Under the pieces are notes generated by a model, which was not told the origin of the DNA, searched no databases, and worked only from the letters and a program-made list of their open reading frames with translations. This document shows positions 62,953-64,000 of a stretch of 64,000 bases of DNA, one piece after another. Position 1 is the first letter of the stretch, and the number at the start of each line of letters is the position of its first letter. Origin of the DNA: Diadema antillarum (taxonomy: Eukaryota); assembly GCF_040938485.1 (NCBI RefSeq), contig NW_027270976.1:1302001-1366000 (forward strand), written 5' to 3'. Position numbers and translations under genes: made by a program.

Positions 62953-64000
62953 TATGATTTAACAATTGTAGCTTGTCCCATTCCACTATGAGATACACGA
63001 GACATATTAAGGATATAATGTATCTTTAATGATCACAGAGAGCAGATCAATGATCGCATGAGCATGATGGCAAAATATGAAACAATGAGAAGCAGTTGAA
63101 CGTTTTTATTCAAACTTGTATGAAAAGTATAGAAGTATATTTCTGAAGTTCAAAAGAACTATGCTTACACTGTTTGAGCTTCACTTACGCCTGCATTTAT
63201 TAAGTTTGCATTTTTGCCATTTGATCCCAACGTCAAAGTTTCAACTTGAATTTGAGCCATTACACTGATACAACTAAAAATTTGCCAAGACTGGATTTCA
63301 GCAAGAGTTAGATTGATAAGATTAAAGCGAGCCATTTACAGAGCAAGCCAAGTGTTTAATATCTGTAATGTAATTGAAAATAAGAAGTTAGTGAAAGTGA
63401 AGGTTGTCCACGACATTTCAGGTCATATTTTAATGACATGCTTGTGGATGGTTTGATGCGATCAAGATTCTGTGATGACTCATATCATGTGTTGCATCAG
63501 AGTGCCAGGCCCTTATCACATGGCATATAAAGAAGTCCTTACAAATTGATGTTTCCTGCACAGAAGGTAGTCTAAGCAGTAGAGTCATGTGACACGATTT
63601 CTTTCTCACACCTCGACGCATTAGTTTCAGTCACATACTCCTGATAACAGAGAAATGTTTCTGCTAAATAGACCTTCCGCTAAAGAGACTTACTTTGTGC
63701 ACAAGGAAAGCTGATTTTAGCTTCAGATCATTCTCAACCATCATTTATTGACTGGCAAATTTTGGCAAGGAAGCTGCAAGTAACCGACTTTAGAGGAAAT
63801 TTTGTTGGACTGACTGATGCTAGAGGAGATAGACAGTGCAATGTGTGTATGTGTATGTGGACCAATACCGAGAATGGGCCATGTTGGATAGTGTGATTAG
63901 TAGTGATACTTTTTTCCTGAGAATTCATGCTTGGTATCTTCCTTGAATTGTGTGTTATAGACTTCCTGCAGTTTCCTCACAAAGTTTTGCTTCAACTCCG

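Overview
AT-rich, intron-rich animal genomic DNA, probably an invertebrate deuterostome and possibly a sea urchin (an unverified inference from repeat types). The whole window lies inside one + strand gene, the single-copy invertebrate-type orthologue of WDR62/MAPKBP1 (WD40 centrosome/spindle-pole and JNK scaffold). I traced 25 frame-consistent GT-AG exons from 553 to 62338 (3305 nt, about 1101 aa). The start codon lies upstream of the window and the C-terminus downstream. The introns hold many non-autonomous DNA transposons (piggyBac-like, Kolobok/T2-like, PIF/Harbinger-like, Tc1/pogo-like, Helentron-associated HINE), an L2 LINE fragment, microsatellites and one assembly gap. Most ORF-track entries are intronic noise. 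I see no evidence of a wholly new multi-gene system. The best leads are: (1) a diverged WD40-like exon duplicate with a GA donor in intron 15; (2) a cluster of frame-neutral micro/cassette exons plus an in-frame alternative donor in the disordered linker; (3) a 3.9-kb CpG-rich TIR element with a 5-bp TSD and a possible spliced cargo ORF; (4) a HINE carrying four phased RFX X-boxes; (5) nested or chained transposon insertions. All calls are by eye and homology statements are from memory.
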